NCBI GenBank assembly: GCA_943789105.1
Contig: CALSSW010000004.1
Span: forward strand, 59,365 to 123,364
DNA length: 64,000 bases
Direction of reading: 5' to 3'
DNA from: an uncultured Ulvibacter sp.
Lineage (GTDB): Bacteria > Bacteroidota > Bacteroidia > Flavobacteriales > Flavobacteriaceae
Of the stretch, positions 52,243 through 62,130 are shown piece by piece. The notes beneath the pieces were generated by a model, which worked only from the letters and a program-made list of their open reading frames with translations, did no database searches and was not told the origin of the DNA. The translations under genes and the position numbers were made by a program. Position 1 is the stretch's first letter, and each line of letters begins with the position of its first letter.

Positions 52243-52752
52243 TTAGTTACCATAGTAAATACCTCTATTTACCCTAAAAGGATTTGTTCTATAATAAGGC
52301 CTTTGGTATCTATTTTGTAAAAATGGCATCCCTTGCTCTTTATAGACATCATTGCGCACCCTGGTTTGGCCATCGCTAAATTCAAAACTTGTATTTCCAC
52401 CGGTGCCTTGGATAGAAAATCCAAATTGTTTCTCTTTTAGTCTTGAGGTATCAAACTGTGAGTTATTATATGCAATGGTATTACTAGCCATTGCCATAGC
52501 AATATCTACAGGCTGCCAGTAATTACTTGGGCTTATTGTATTTGTATTTAACGTGTTTTGATAGCTTGGAGCATCTCCCAGGGTGAAGGAGCTATTAATT
52601 TTATATGGTATTTCATCTATAACAGATTCAATACTGGGTGGCACTACCAAAGAAGTAGGGCCGATTGTATAATACCTTGTTTCAAAATCATTTTGAGAAA
52701 AGGATATGCTAACACTAAAAATTATCGTGATAATTGTAAATAGGTTTTTCAT
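52243..52752 (-). CDS. Hypothetical secreted protein
   Basis: Signal peptide (MKNLFTII...SFSQ); no domain recognised. Confidence 0.6.
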   Translation of the reverse strand: MKNLFTIITIIFSVSISFSQNDFETRYYTIGPTSLVVPPSIESVIDEIPYKINSSFTLGDAPSYQNTLNTNTISPSNYWQPVDIAMAMASNTIAYNNSQFDTSRLKEKQFGFSIQGTGGNTSFEFSDGQTRVRNDVYKEQGMPFLQNRYQRPYYRTNPFRVNRGIYYGN

Positions 52753-52820
52753 AATTTGAAATTAAAGCATATTGGTTCACATTGCTAATTGTTATATTTG
52801 AGCTAAAATACAAATCACTT

Positions 52821-53657
52821 ATGATACCCAACTGGAAAACCGTAAAAGAATACTCAGATATTACTTATAAAAAGTCTAATAACGTGGCCCGTATTGCATT
52901 TAATAGGCCAGAGGTTAGAAATGCTTTTAGGCCAAAAACAACTTCTGAATTACTTGATGCGCTTCATGATGCACAGGAAGATACAAGTATTGGTGTAGTT
53001 TTATTATCTGGGGAGGGACCCTCCAGTAAAGATGGGGTTTGGAGCTTTTGTAGTGGTGGAGACCAAAAGGCTAGGGGTGAAAAGGGCTATGTTGGAGATG
53101 ATGGCTACCATAGATTAAATATTTTAGATGCTCAGCGTATGATACGTTTCATGCCTAAAGCTGTTATTTGTGTTGTACCAGGTTGGGCCGTTGGCGGAGG
53201 GCACTCCCTGCACGTTGTGTGTGACATGACCTTGGCAAGTAAAGAGCATGCTATTTTTAAACAAACAGATGCGGATGTAACAAGTTTTGATGGGGGCTAT
53301 GGTAGCGCTTATCTAGCCAAAATGGTGGGTCAAAAAAGAGCAAGAGAAATTTTCTTTTTAGGAAGAGACTATAGTGCACAAGAGGCCTTTGAAATGGGCA
53401 TGGTTAACGCTGTTGTACCGCATGATGTATTAGAACAAACAGCCTTTGATTGGGCTCAAGAAGTTTTAGGTAAATCTCCAACGTCTATTAAAATGTTGAA
53501 ATTTGCGATGAATTTAACAGATGATGGTATGGTGGGTCAACAAGTATTTGCAGGAGAGGCAACGCGTCTGGCTTACATGACAGATGAGGCTAAAGAAGGA
53601 AGGGATGCCTTTTTAGAAAAACGAGCTCCGAATTTTGAGAAAAAATGGCTGCCTTAA
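52821..53657 (+). CDS. menB: 1,4-dihydroxy-2-naphthoyl-CoA synthase
   Basis: RPEVRNAFRP, FCSGGDQ, GGGHSLH, SFDGGYG; start reset to ATG 52821. Confidence 0.97.
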   Translation: MIPNWKTVKEYSDITYKKSNNVARIAFNRPEVRNAFRPKTTSELLDALHDAQEDTSIGVVLLSGEGPSSKDGVWSFCSGGDQKARGEKGYVGDDGYHRLNILDAQRMIRFMPKAVICVVPGWAVGGGHSLHVVCDMTLASKEHAIFKQTDADVTSFDGGYGSAYLAKMVGQKRAREIFFLGRDYSAQEAFEMGMVNAVVPHDVLEQTAFDWAQEVLGKSPTSIKMLKFAMNLTDDGMVGQQVFAGEATRLAYMTDEAKEGRDAFLEKRAPNFEKKWLP

Positions 53658-53801
53658 TTTTTTGTTACTAAGTTGAGAAACAAAAAATAAATAATTTTTA
53701 TAACATACTGTTTAATGGAGTTTATAAGAAAACGTATTTATTGATTTTGTTTCATTGTTTAATCGTAGCAATAGTTTTAAATTTATATATTAATTTGACT
53801 T

Positions 53802-54560
53802 ATGATTATTTTACTATTTATTATCGTGCTATGGTACGGCGGGCTTTTTTTTCAAACGTTTTTTCTTCACAGATATGCTGCCCATCAAACCTATACCATG
53901 TCTAAAACCATGGAGCGCATCACTTTTATTTTAACATGGATTTTTCAAGGTTCAAATTATTTGAGTGCCTATGGATATGGGGTAATGCACAGGATGCACC
54001 ACGCATACGCAGACACAGAAAAAGATCCTCACTCTCCTAAATATGATTTAAACATAATTTCTATGATGTGGAAAACTAAAAACATCTACTATCAAATTAA
54101 TAAGCAGCAAATAGAGGTAGCCCCAAAGTTTACTAAAAACGTTCCGCAGTGGAAACGTTTTGATGATTTTGCAAGTTCTTGGTTTTCACGTTTTGCTTGG
54201 AGTTTTGCTTATTTCTCTTTCTTTTTGATGTACACTACTTCTCTTTGGCAATGGTTGCTATTTCCGGTTGTTTTGCTAATGGCACCTATTCATGGAGTTA
54301 TTATAAACTGGTATGGTCACATTTTTGGTTATGTAAATTTCAAATCCAAGGACACCTCCAAAAACCTATTTAAATTTGATTTTTTAATGATGGGAGAGGG
54401 GTATCATAATAATCATCACAAACATAGTAGTAGTCCTAATTTTGGCGGAGTACGCTGGCATGAGATTGATGTAACCTATAAGGTTATGCAGTTTTTAAAC
54501 TTTTTAGGGATCATACATTTAAAACCTAGCCCTTTGGTTATTAAAAGAGAAGTATACTAA
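53802..54560 (+). CDS. Acyl-CoA (delta-9 type) fatty acid desaturase
   Basis: His boxes HRYAAH, HRMHH, GEGYHNNHH; DPHSP. Confidence 0.92.
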   Translation: MIILLFIIVLWYGGLFFQTFFLHRYAAHQTYTMSKTMERITFILTWIFQGSNYLSAYGYGVMHRMHHAYADTEKDPHSPKYDLNIISMMWKTKNIYYQINKQQIEVAPKFTKNVPQWKRFDDFASSWFSRFAWSFAYFSFFLMYTTSLWQWLLFPVVLLMAPIHGVIINWYGHIFGYVNFKSKDTSKNLFKFDFLMMGEGYHNNHHKHSSSPNFGGVRWHEIDVTYKVMQFLNFLGIIHLKPSPLVIKREVY

Positions 54561-54601
54561 TATCGGCTAATTTTTTAAAACTCTTTTGGCAACAATTCGT
54601 G

Positions 54602-57097
54602 TTATTTAGGTATGGTAAAGAAAAAAGTAGTTCCTTCTCCTTTTTTAGATTCTACCCATATCTTACCTCCACCAGATGTGATAGTTTTTTTAATTATGAA
54701 TAGTCCAATACCACTGGAGTCTGTCCGGTTGTTTAGCTTCTTAAAGGCCTCAAAAACGAAATCAAAATGCTCTTTGCTAATCCCTATTCCATTGTCTTGT
54801 ACAGAAAACCTATAAAAGCTACCTTGTTCTGTCCAGTTTATATTAACGAAACTTTTTTTGCTTTGATCTCTGTATTTATAGGCATTTTCAATAAGGTTCT
54901 GAAATATCTGTCTTGCCTTTACTTCTGTTAAATTAATAACAGGAAGTGGTTTAACTATATTAAAATTAAAATCCCCCTCTTGATTTTTAGTTAAAAAACT
55001 AATAATAGAATCAACAACGGGTTGTAGGGCTAGCATTTCTGCGTTCTCTTTTTTTGAAGTCCTAATCTCTGTATACTGTAATGTGCTAGAAATTAGCTTA
55101 TCCATATCTTTTATGGCCTCTTCAACGGTATCTATATATCCTTGACTCTCTTTGTCTAGAGTCTCTGTATTGTCCTCTAAAAGCCAATTAATACAAGTTG
55201 AGATTGTTCTTAGAGGAGTTTTCAAATCATGAGATACTATATGGGCATAGTGAGAAAGCTCTTCATTTCTTATAGTTAAGTCATTAATCAATGAATCTGC
55301 CTTTATGTTTAACATTTTTAATTCTGTAATATCTAAGTGTATCCCTATAGATCCAATGATTTCCCCATTAATGTTGGTATTGGGTCCACCACTAATAAGC
55401 CAGTATTTTTTTTCACCATTTTTTGTTGTTATTTCCATTTCATACAAGTCCTTAAGTCCTTTTTTTCTAGACTTAACTTTTTGTTTCATGTACTCTTTTT
55501 TTTCTCCAACCAACAATATGTCTCTGCCTTTAAAACCAACAAGTTGCTCGGCACTATATCCACACATTTTTACAAATGCATTGTTAACATTTAATATGGT
55601 TTCATTATTATCAACCTCCATAAGGCCTAAATTCATGTTTTCAATAATGCTTTTGTACTTTTTGCTTTGAAATTGTAAGGATTTGTCATAGTTTATAATT
55701 AAAGTAACATCTTTATATGTCCAAAGATGTGCAGTAGGTTTGCCATCTTCAAAAATTGGATTATAGTCACGAGATAAAATTCTACCATCTTTTAACTCTA
55801 ACATTTCATCTATAATAATTGTTCCATTTTCAACAATTTCTATAATTCTATCAGAAAATTTTTCATGATCTACAAACATCATTTTTAGCATATTACGTGC
55901 AGACTCGCAATCTGATCCGATAATTTTAGATTTCTTACTAATAGGGATATTAAACAGATCTAAAAATGCATGACTTACCTGTTCTATATAACCGTCTATT
56001 GATTCTATAACCTTAGCATCTGAGGAGCTTTCAAAAATAAGTTGTAACCTATTTCGAGTTAAAGCTAACTCTATTTCTTTGTTAGATTTTTCAATTTCTA
56101 TAATGTTCTTTTTTAAAGAAATACTTATCATAGAAGATATTTTTGATAAAAAATCTAATTGTTCTTGTTTGTAAAAATTTTTATCTGGATGCTCTGAATC
56201 AATAATAGCAATTAATTCGCCATCCAATAAAATGGGTGCAGTTATTTCAGAGAGTCTACCCTGATCATCAACTATATAATCTAAATTTTTTCTAGTGTCA
56301 TTAATAATAATTCCTTTTTTACTTTGCGCTACTTTTCCCACGACTCCCTCACCAATTTCTATTTCTAAAGCATTTTTGATATTATTCTCACTATCTAACT
56401 TTTGTTTTGTTGCTGCTATTTGGAGTAATTTATTTTCAATTACAGCATAGAAAACACAGTCATCAGAGCCTAAATAATCAGAGATAATTTCTACGATATA
56501 TTTACCATTTCTAAATAAATTTGGATCATTTACTAGTTGTTTTAATATTAAACTCTCTGTTAGTATTAATTTTTGATTCTCTAAAACCTCTATTTCTAAT
56601 AGGTGTTCTTTTGTTATGTCTCTAATAATTGTTTGATAGGCATAGGCCTTATTCTCAGAGTTTCTAAGAACACTTGCTTTAATGTTTACAAATTTTCTTT
56701 CTCTATTTCTATTAATAAAATCATATGAAAATTCTTTCGTTTTATTCTCAGAAGAATATGAGTTTAACTTAAAAAGCTTTTTTAATTTTTTTAGATTGCT
56801 ACCTTTAAAATCATTTATACTTTTTGGCGCTTTTTCTTTATTTGCACCAATTAGTTTTAGCGCTTCTTTATTTATTTTCAATATGTTCATATCAAAATCA
56901 AACACAATCAATGCGTCAACTAAATTATCGATAAGGTTTTTTTGAAATTTTTCTTTTTGTATAATGTCTTGAGTGAGACTTTGGTTGCTATCATATAGTT
57001 CTCTTAGTCTATTTTCAATAATACCCTCAGCAATTTCTTTTGCTTTTCGCTCTCTTTGAAGCGCTCTTGTTAGAATTTCAATTTTTTTACTTAACAC
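54602..57097 (-). CDS. Soluble PAS-GAF-PAS-PAS sensor histidine kinase (H-NOX-associated type)
   Basis: N-terminal ILTRALQRERKAK coiled coil, GAF (GEGVVGKVA, SEITAPI, IDSEH), PAS domains, H-box SHDLKTPL, DNGIG, GIGL. Confidence 0.92.
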   Translation of the reverse strand: MLSKKIEILTRALQRERKAKEIAEGIIENRLRELYDSNQSLTQDIIQKEKFQKNLIDNLVDALIVFDFDMNILKINKEALKLIGANKEKAPKSINDFKGSNLKKLKKLFKLNSYSSENKTKEFSYDFINRNRERKFVNIKASVLRNSENKAYAYQTIIRDITKEHLLEIEVLENQKLILTESLILKQLVNDPNLFRNGKYIVEIISDYLGSDDCVFYAVIENKLLQIAATKQKLDSENNIKNALEIEIGEGVVGKVAQSKKGIIINDTRKNLDYIVDDQGRLSEITAPILLDGELIAIIDSEHPDKNFYKQEQLDFLSKISSMISISLKKNIIEIEKSNKEIELALTRNRLQLIFESSSDAKVIESIDGYIEQVSHAFLDLFNIPISKKSKIIGSDCESARNMLKMMFVDHEKFSDRIIEIVENGTIIIDEMLELKDGRILSRDYNPIFEDGKPTAHLWTYKDVTLIINYDKSLQFQSKKYKSIIENMNLGLMEVDNNETILNVNNAFVKMCGYSAEQLVGFKGRDILLVGEKKEYMKQKVKSRKKGLKDLYEMEITTKNGEKKYWLISGGPNTNINGEIIGSIGIHLDITELKMLNIKADSLINDLTIRNEELSHYAHIVSHDLKTPLRTISTCINWLLEDNTETLDKESQGYIDTVEEAIKDMDKLISSTLQYTEIRTSKKENAEMLALQPVVDSIISFLTKNQEGDFNFNIVKPLPVINLTEVKARQIFQNLIENAYKYRDQSKKSFVNINWTEQGSFYRFSVQDNGIGISKEHFDFVFEAFKKLNNRTDSSGIGLFIIKKTITSGGGKIWVESKKGEGTTFFFTIPK

Positions 57098-57189
57098 TAT
57101 ACAGGTCGTTTATAATAATACAAAATTAATAAGTGGGCCAGAATTAGCAAAACAAAGATGTAGATAGCTCTTTAACACTAACTTTTAGA

Positions 57190-57732
57190 CTAACTCAATA
57201 CCTCTATACTGAATTTAATACTTCCATCGTTATTGTAATTTTCTTCCATGCTAATTTCCCCTTTAACCCTAAAGAAATCTAGGGTTTCCCTCATAAGACC
57301 TATAGCAAAATAGGTAAGACCTCTTGAGGAAGTATAGATTAAAGTTAAGCTGCTTTCTGTTTTTTCTGCTACAGAAAATGTAGGTAATTCTGCGTCTTCA
57401 TATAGCTTTTTAACCTCTATATGAATATGGCTTTCAATACCAGCTAATAAATCTAGAGGGTTATTATACTTCTCAATTATATAAGAATGTTTCCCTATAA
57501 GGTACGGAAATACAAACCTCCCAAAGGCCTCCAGTAACACTTGAGGTGCAATACCTGTTTTGGTTGAAACATAAGTTAAAAGAGTAACGAGTTCATCAAA
57601 CTCATAACTATTAAAGGCTGAATAAACACCATCTGAGGCTAAGTCACACTCACCTAGCATTTGATCTACCATATCCAGACCATTCGATTTTTCTACAAAA
57701 TCTAGAAAATTTGTAAAAATAAAACCTTTCAT
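57190..57732 (-). CDS. H-NOX heme NO-binding domain protein
   Basis: MKGFIFT.F, proximal His in IHIEVKKLY, LP.F, YxSxR (YTSSR). Confidence 0.92.
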   Translation of the reverse strand: MKGFIFTNFLDFVEKSNGLDMVDQMLGECDLASDGVYSAFNSYEFDELVTLLTYVSTKTGIAPQVLLEAFGRFVFPYLIGKHSYIIEKYNNPLDLLAGIESHIHIEVKKLYEDAELPTFSVAEKTESSLTLIYTSSRGLTYFAIGLMRETLDFFRVKGEISMEENYNNDGSIKFSIEVLS

Positions 57733-58151
57733 AATTTGTTTCTATAAGAGTTTTTCCAATAATCTGCTATTGTAATTAGGTTGTTTTTATAAATCGAAAA
57801 ATCGATATGTTTTACATAATACCCACTAATACCTACTGTAATACATTTTTTATAATCTTCAACACTAGAGCTAGTGGTATGCACAACAACAGGGATTTGT
57901 TTTAATTTTTCATCTTTTTTTATAATTTCAAGAAATTCTATGCCATTGAGTATTGGCATGTTTAAATCAAGCATTATAAAACAAGGAAGTTCTTGAGGGT
58001 TCTCTATTTTGGTTAAAAACTCTATTGCCTCTAATCCATTTTCTACACTAGTAATGGTCGCATCAGGAATATGTTTATTATAAATTTTTTTGATTCCCAT
58101 GACAACAATTTTGTTGTCCTCAACAATAAGTATATTTAATTTTTCCATCAT
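57729..58151 (-). CDS. Single-domain response regulator (Rcp1-like)
   Basis: IVEDN, LDLNMP.LNG.EFL, IPVVV.TTS, YYVK. Confidence 0.9.
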   Translation of the reverse strand: MMEKLNILIVEDNKIVVMGIKKIYNKHIPDATITSVENGLEAIEFLTKIENPQELPCFIMLDLNMPILNGIEFLEIIKKDEKLKQIPVVVHTTSSSVEDYKKCITVGISGYYVKHIDFSIYKNNLITIADYWKNSYRNKL

Positions 58152-58185
58152 AAATATTGTTTTTTTTTACTCTAAAACACCATTT

Positions 58186-59985
58186 TTATTCTTTGATAAA
58201 CCTCAAAGTAGACTCAATATTTGTAGCTGTATTCTTTACCACAATAAAATATATTCCAACAGTATATTGTGAAACAGAGATTACTTCTTTATTTGACTGT
58301 AGGGTACCCTCTTGTAATAATTGTCCAAATGTATTGTAAATACGATATAAGGAACTATCATTTGTATTTGCTATACTTAGTGTAATCTCACTTTTTGCGG
58401 GATTTGGATATAAAGAAATAGTACTTATAATAACATCATTAGTAGACAGTTCTTCACCAATACTTATTTCTGTTATCTCACTACTACTAAATTCTCCACC
58501 ACCACCTATTACATCTCCACTGTCTGTAGTTAAACTATAAAATCCTTCTCCGAATTCACAGCAAATACCGTCTCCGTAGGAATCAAATATTTCAAACTCA
58601 TAACAGTTGTCTGGTGCAACCTCAAAGGTTTCTATAAATGTTGTGTTGTCATCTGATTGGTTATAATTACCAGTATCTATAACAGCACCTCCAATTTCTC
58701 TAAACTCCCAAGAAGTTTCCTCTGCCCAATTATCAGTCAATAATTCTAAAGTAACTTGCTGTGTTACATATTCATTACCGCCAATGTCAAAAGATGTTGC
58801 TGCGTCATTGTTTTGAGTATTTTGGTCAATAACACCATTAACAGAGATAAGTGATGCGTTGAAAGTATATGAACCCTCTGTCAAATCAATCGGGTCTAGT
58901 ATAAAGGTTTGCGTTTGGTTTTGAGTTAAGGTGCCATTAAAGTTAATTGTCTGGAGATCACCATCATTAATTTGCCATGTCATTTGGGCAACTGTAATAT
59001 TATTTAATCCAAAATTAGTAAGACTAACAGATGGCATTATTATTGTATCACCACAGTTAGTTTCTGGTACATTTACAGAAATAGCAGCATCTAGATCTAA
59101 TACAACTACATTATTGTCAATATAATTTTGAAAGAAGAGCCAAGCCTGTTCTCCAGCCTCGATATCCATGTTACCGCCGCTACCTGGCCAATCATGACCA
59201 CCTCCTACAACTTTATAATACCAAACTTCATTTTGATTAATACCATAGATATATTTTTCACTCACTATAAAGCTACCATCAGAGGTGTCTGTATTTGGCA
59301 CAGTCCCTTCTACTAGTGTCGTACAGTTGTTTTTTTCTACAAAATAATCAATGGTATCTGCAATACTAGGGTAGGAGCCCCATCCATCGTTATTGTCTGG
59401 ATCACCTGCAAGTGGAGTTACCCCATCTTGTGATCCATGAATTTCAAAAACGGGTATTGCGGGAGCAGCATCACAATCATCTAGAATATCTTGCAAAATC
59501 ATTCCAGCCACTGGCGCTACAGCTTTAAATGTATCATACCCTTGGCAAGCAAGCATGTAACACATCTCCCCGCCGTTAGACATACCTGTTGCAAAGGTGT
59601 AATCTGGGTTTAACCCATTGCTTTGTTGCAGGTATTGTGCCAATTGAGTTAAAAATCCAACGTCGTCGACTGTTTCATTTGGGTGGAAGGCATATCCTAC
59701 ATTCCAAAATCTATTTCCTCCAGCGTCTACAGTACCCCTTGGGTAACAAACTGCAAAACCGTATTGGTCTGCAAAATCATTCATCTCAGAATAGTTTCGA
59801 ATACTATTTGCATCACCGGTATAGCCATGCATTACAAAGACTAGTGGCATTTGCTCATTTAAGTTTTCGGGCTCGTAATAAATATACTGTCTTGTAAGAC
59901 CATCGTGCTCAAAACTTGTATACTGGGCAATTATTTCTTGGGTAAATAATGTTATAAGAGCTATAAAAATGAATTTTTGTTGCAT
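58186..59985 (-). CDS. T9SS-secreted PHB-depolymerase/LpqC-like esterase with Ig-like domains
   Basis: Signal peptide, MHGY, GMSNGG, HGSQD, GHDWP triad motifs, DSYGDGICC domain, CTD LYPNP...GIYF...FIKE. Confidence 0.85.
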   Translation of the reverse strand: MQQKFIFIALITLFTQEIIAQYTSFEHDGLTRQYIYYEPENLNEQMPLVFVMHGYTGDANSIRNYSEMNDFADQYGFAVCYPRGTVDAGGNRFWNVGYAFHPNETVDDVGFLTQLAQYLQQSNGLNPDYTFATGMSNGGEMCYMLACQGYDTFKAVAPVAGMILQDILDDCDAAPAIPVFEIHGSQDGVTPLAGDPDNNDGWGSYPSIADTIDYFVEKNNCTTLVEGTVPNTDTSDGSFIVSEKYIYGINQNEVWYYKVVGGGHDWPGSGGNMDIEAGEQAWLFFQNYIDNNVVVLDLDAAISVNVPETNCGDTIIMPSVSLTNFGLNNITVAQMTWQINDGDLQTINFNGTLTQNQTQTFILDPIDLTEGSYTFNASLISVNGVIDQNTQNNDAATSFDIGGNEYVTQQVTLELLTDNWAEETSWEFREIGGAVIDTGNYNQSDDNTTFIETFEVAPDNCYEFEIFDSYGDGICCEFGEGFYSLTTDSGDVIGGGGEFSSSEITEISIGEELSTNDVIISTISLYPNPAKSEITLSIANTNDSSLYRIYNTFGQLLQEGTLQSNKEVISVSQYTVGIYFIVVKNTATNIESTLRFIKE

Positions 59986-60178
59986 TTAGTTTTTATTTGA
60001 TTTTTCACAATTTACTAAATAAATTCATCAAAATTTATTGAGCACACATAAAATACTTCATTATTGATTAGCTAACAGTAATAAGTGAAATTTACCAGAT
60101 TTAAAGTAACTCTGGTTACACAAGCATTTATAAAATAACATTTTGCTATTCTATCAAAGAATTTTATATGCAGCACTT

Positions 60179-61081
60179 TTAATTTACATTATCGGGAAGG
60201 GGTTTGTTATCATACTTGTTGTGTATGGCTATTATTGCCAGTCCAAAAAGTACAGCTACAATAATTAAAATTGTACTTATTAAACCACTGACACCAAAAG
60301 ACATCCTAATTAGTATGGTGGATATAACAAAACCAGAATTTCTAATAATTTTATGAAATTGATCTGTGTAAAAGAATGAGATCAATAATAAAACGACATC
60401 CACTAAAATGAGTACCGTAAAAAATTGATCAAAAAATAAATTATTTATACTTTCAAAGGAGGGTATGCTATTGGTGGTTATTACACTTGCAGTAGACCAA
60501 TCAATTAATGTGTAAAGTGCCATCACAAAAAATAAAGGCACCAGTATCACTGCAATTATTTTTTTCCTTCTAACAAATCTTTGAATAATATTATTTGTTT
60601 CAATATGTTTTACAACCTTTTGTTTTCCTTGTTTTTGAAATAAAAATATTAAGTAAAAGAGCACCAATGATGCTAATATATCATAGGTAAACTGCAAATC
60701 CCCCTTTATCTCAAACCAATCTGCAGAAAGCTCCAGGTTAGATAGATCTTTAAATAATTTACGGATAATAATAAGTGTAATTATCTCGTACTGTTTAGTA
60801 ATATAGGTTGTAAAAGATTTTGGTAGGTAATAAATTAATAGATAAACCTCATAGATCAAAATAAAAGAGAACGGCGTATAAACAGCCGATATTGGGTTTG
60901 AAAGAAGTTCTGAATTTAATGGTTGAGCTAAGAAATCAAATTTTATTAAATAGATCACTGCTAAGTGTATAAAAAAACTAACTAGAGCAAGCCTCAGTAT
61001 AATTTTTTCTGTCATTGATCTGGTTTTCTCTGAAAGAAACATATCAAAAACATAGGCCATCGTGTTTGTAATCTTATTCAT
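60179..61081 (-). CDS. Conserved polytopic membrane protein, unknown function
   Basis: About 7-8 TMs; YTPFSFILIYEVY, KQYEII, IRNSGF. Confidence 0.7.
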   Translation of the reverse strand: MNKITNTMAYVFDMFLSEKTRSMTEKIILRLALVSFFIHLAVIYLIKFDFLAQPLNSELLSNPISAVYTPFSFILIYEVYLLIYYLPKSFTTYITKQYEIITLIIIRKLFKDLSNLELSADWFEIKGDLQFTYDILASLVLFYLIFLFQKQGKQKVVKHIETNNIIQRFVRRKKIIAVILVPLFFVMALYTLIDWSTASVITTNSIPSFESINNLFFDQFFTVLILVDVVLLLISFFYTDQFHKIIRNSGFVISTILIRMSFGVSGLISTILIIVAVLFGLAIIAIHNKYDNKPLPDNVN

Positions 61082-61200
61082 AAAAAGCAGTTTTAATATG
61101 ACTTATAAAATAAGTAACATTTATTTACTCCTAAAGTAGCAAATAAAAACCTAATCAAAAACATTAGGAGCACCAATATAACAATCTGCAAAAGGGATTG

Positions 61201-61995
61201 TTACTTACTTACAGTACTATAGTGATATTTTTTAGCGGTTATACTTTCATTAATGGCATCCCATAAATCTATTCTTTTTTCTAGAGATTGCTTAGCAATA
61301 AGGAGTGTTTCATGCCATTTCTGAGTATCGTCTTGGCATAATTCTGATATCATCTTGAGTGAGAGTGGACCATGCTCATCACCGTCTAATTCTATGTGTC
61401 GCTCCAAATAATATTTTAATTTGCTGTAGGTTTTGTTTTCTGAATCAGCACTTTTTAAAATTTCAATAAACATATCTGGAATCACATCTTCTCTGCCAAA
61501 AGTAAATGCAGAGGCAGCCATGTGTGTTTTTTTAGTTTCAATAACTGAAAATGTAAACCTAACAAAATCTATGACTCTTTGGTCTAACTTAATCTCTTTG
61601 AATGAATCTTCCAGGGTGTTTCCATCTGTGATAAGATTAATAAAGGTGTCTATTTTATCAGTATTTGCACCAGTTTGTAGCATTGCTTCTAGATACATTT
61701 CAAAATGGCTATTAGCAACTCCCATCTCGTTTAGATCACTTTCTTCTCCATGTACTATCTCATTGATAAACCTAGATAAGGTTGGGTTTGTTGGTGGTGT
61801 CCAAGGGGTTTTTACAGTTGTGATTTGTATTTGAAGATTTTTTAAAAGTGACATAAAATCCCAAACTGCGAACACATGATTTTCCATAAACAACTTGATA
61901 TCCTCTATGGTTTTTAAATTCTCATAAAGTCTATGTGTTTTAAGTTGTTCTCTTAATCCAGAAATTTCTTGTTCTATATGTTGTATTCTATTCAT
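61201..61995 (-). CDS. DUF3050 heme-oxygenase-like (putative diiron) protein
   Basis: [51 protein letters not shown]. Confidence 0.85.
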   Translation of the reverse strand: MNRIQHIEQEISGLREQLKTHRLYENLKTIEDIKLFMENHVFAVWDFMSLLKNLQIQITTVKTPWTPPTNPTLSRFINEIVHGEESDLNEMGVANSHFEMYLEAMLQTGANTDKIDTFINLITDGNTLEDSFKEIKLDQRVIDFVRFTFSVIETKKTHMAASAFTFGREDVIPDMFIEILKSADSENKTYSKLKYYLERHIELDGDEHGPLSLKMISELCQDDTQKWHETLLIAKQSLEKRIDLWDAINESITAKKYHYSTVSK

Positions 61996-62130
61996 TTGTA
62001 AAATTTAATCGTGTTTAAAAAAACCATACACTACAAAGATAAAAAAGATACATATGCAATACATATTCTTAACATTTGTTTGTGTGTTTTTTACAATATA
62101 ATTAAGCATTAATGACCTTAGAGAAGTTTT

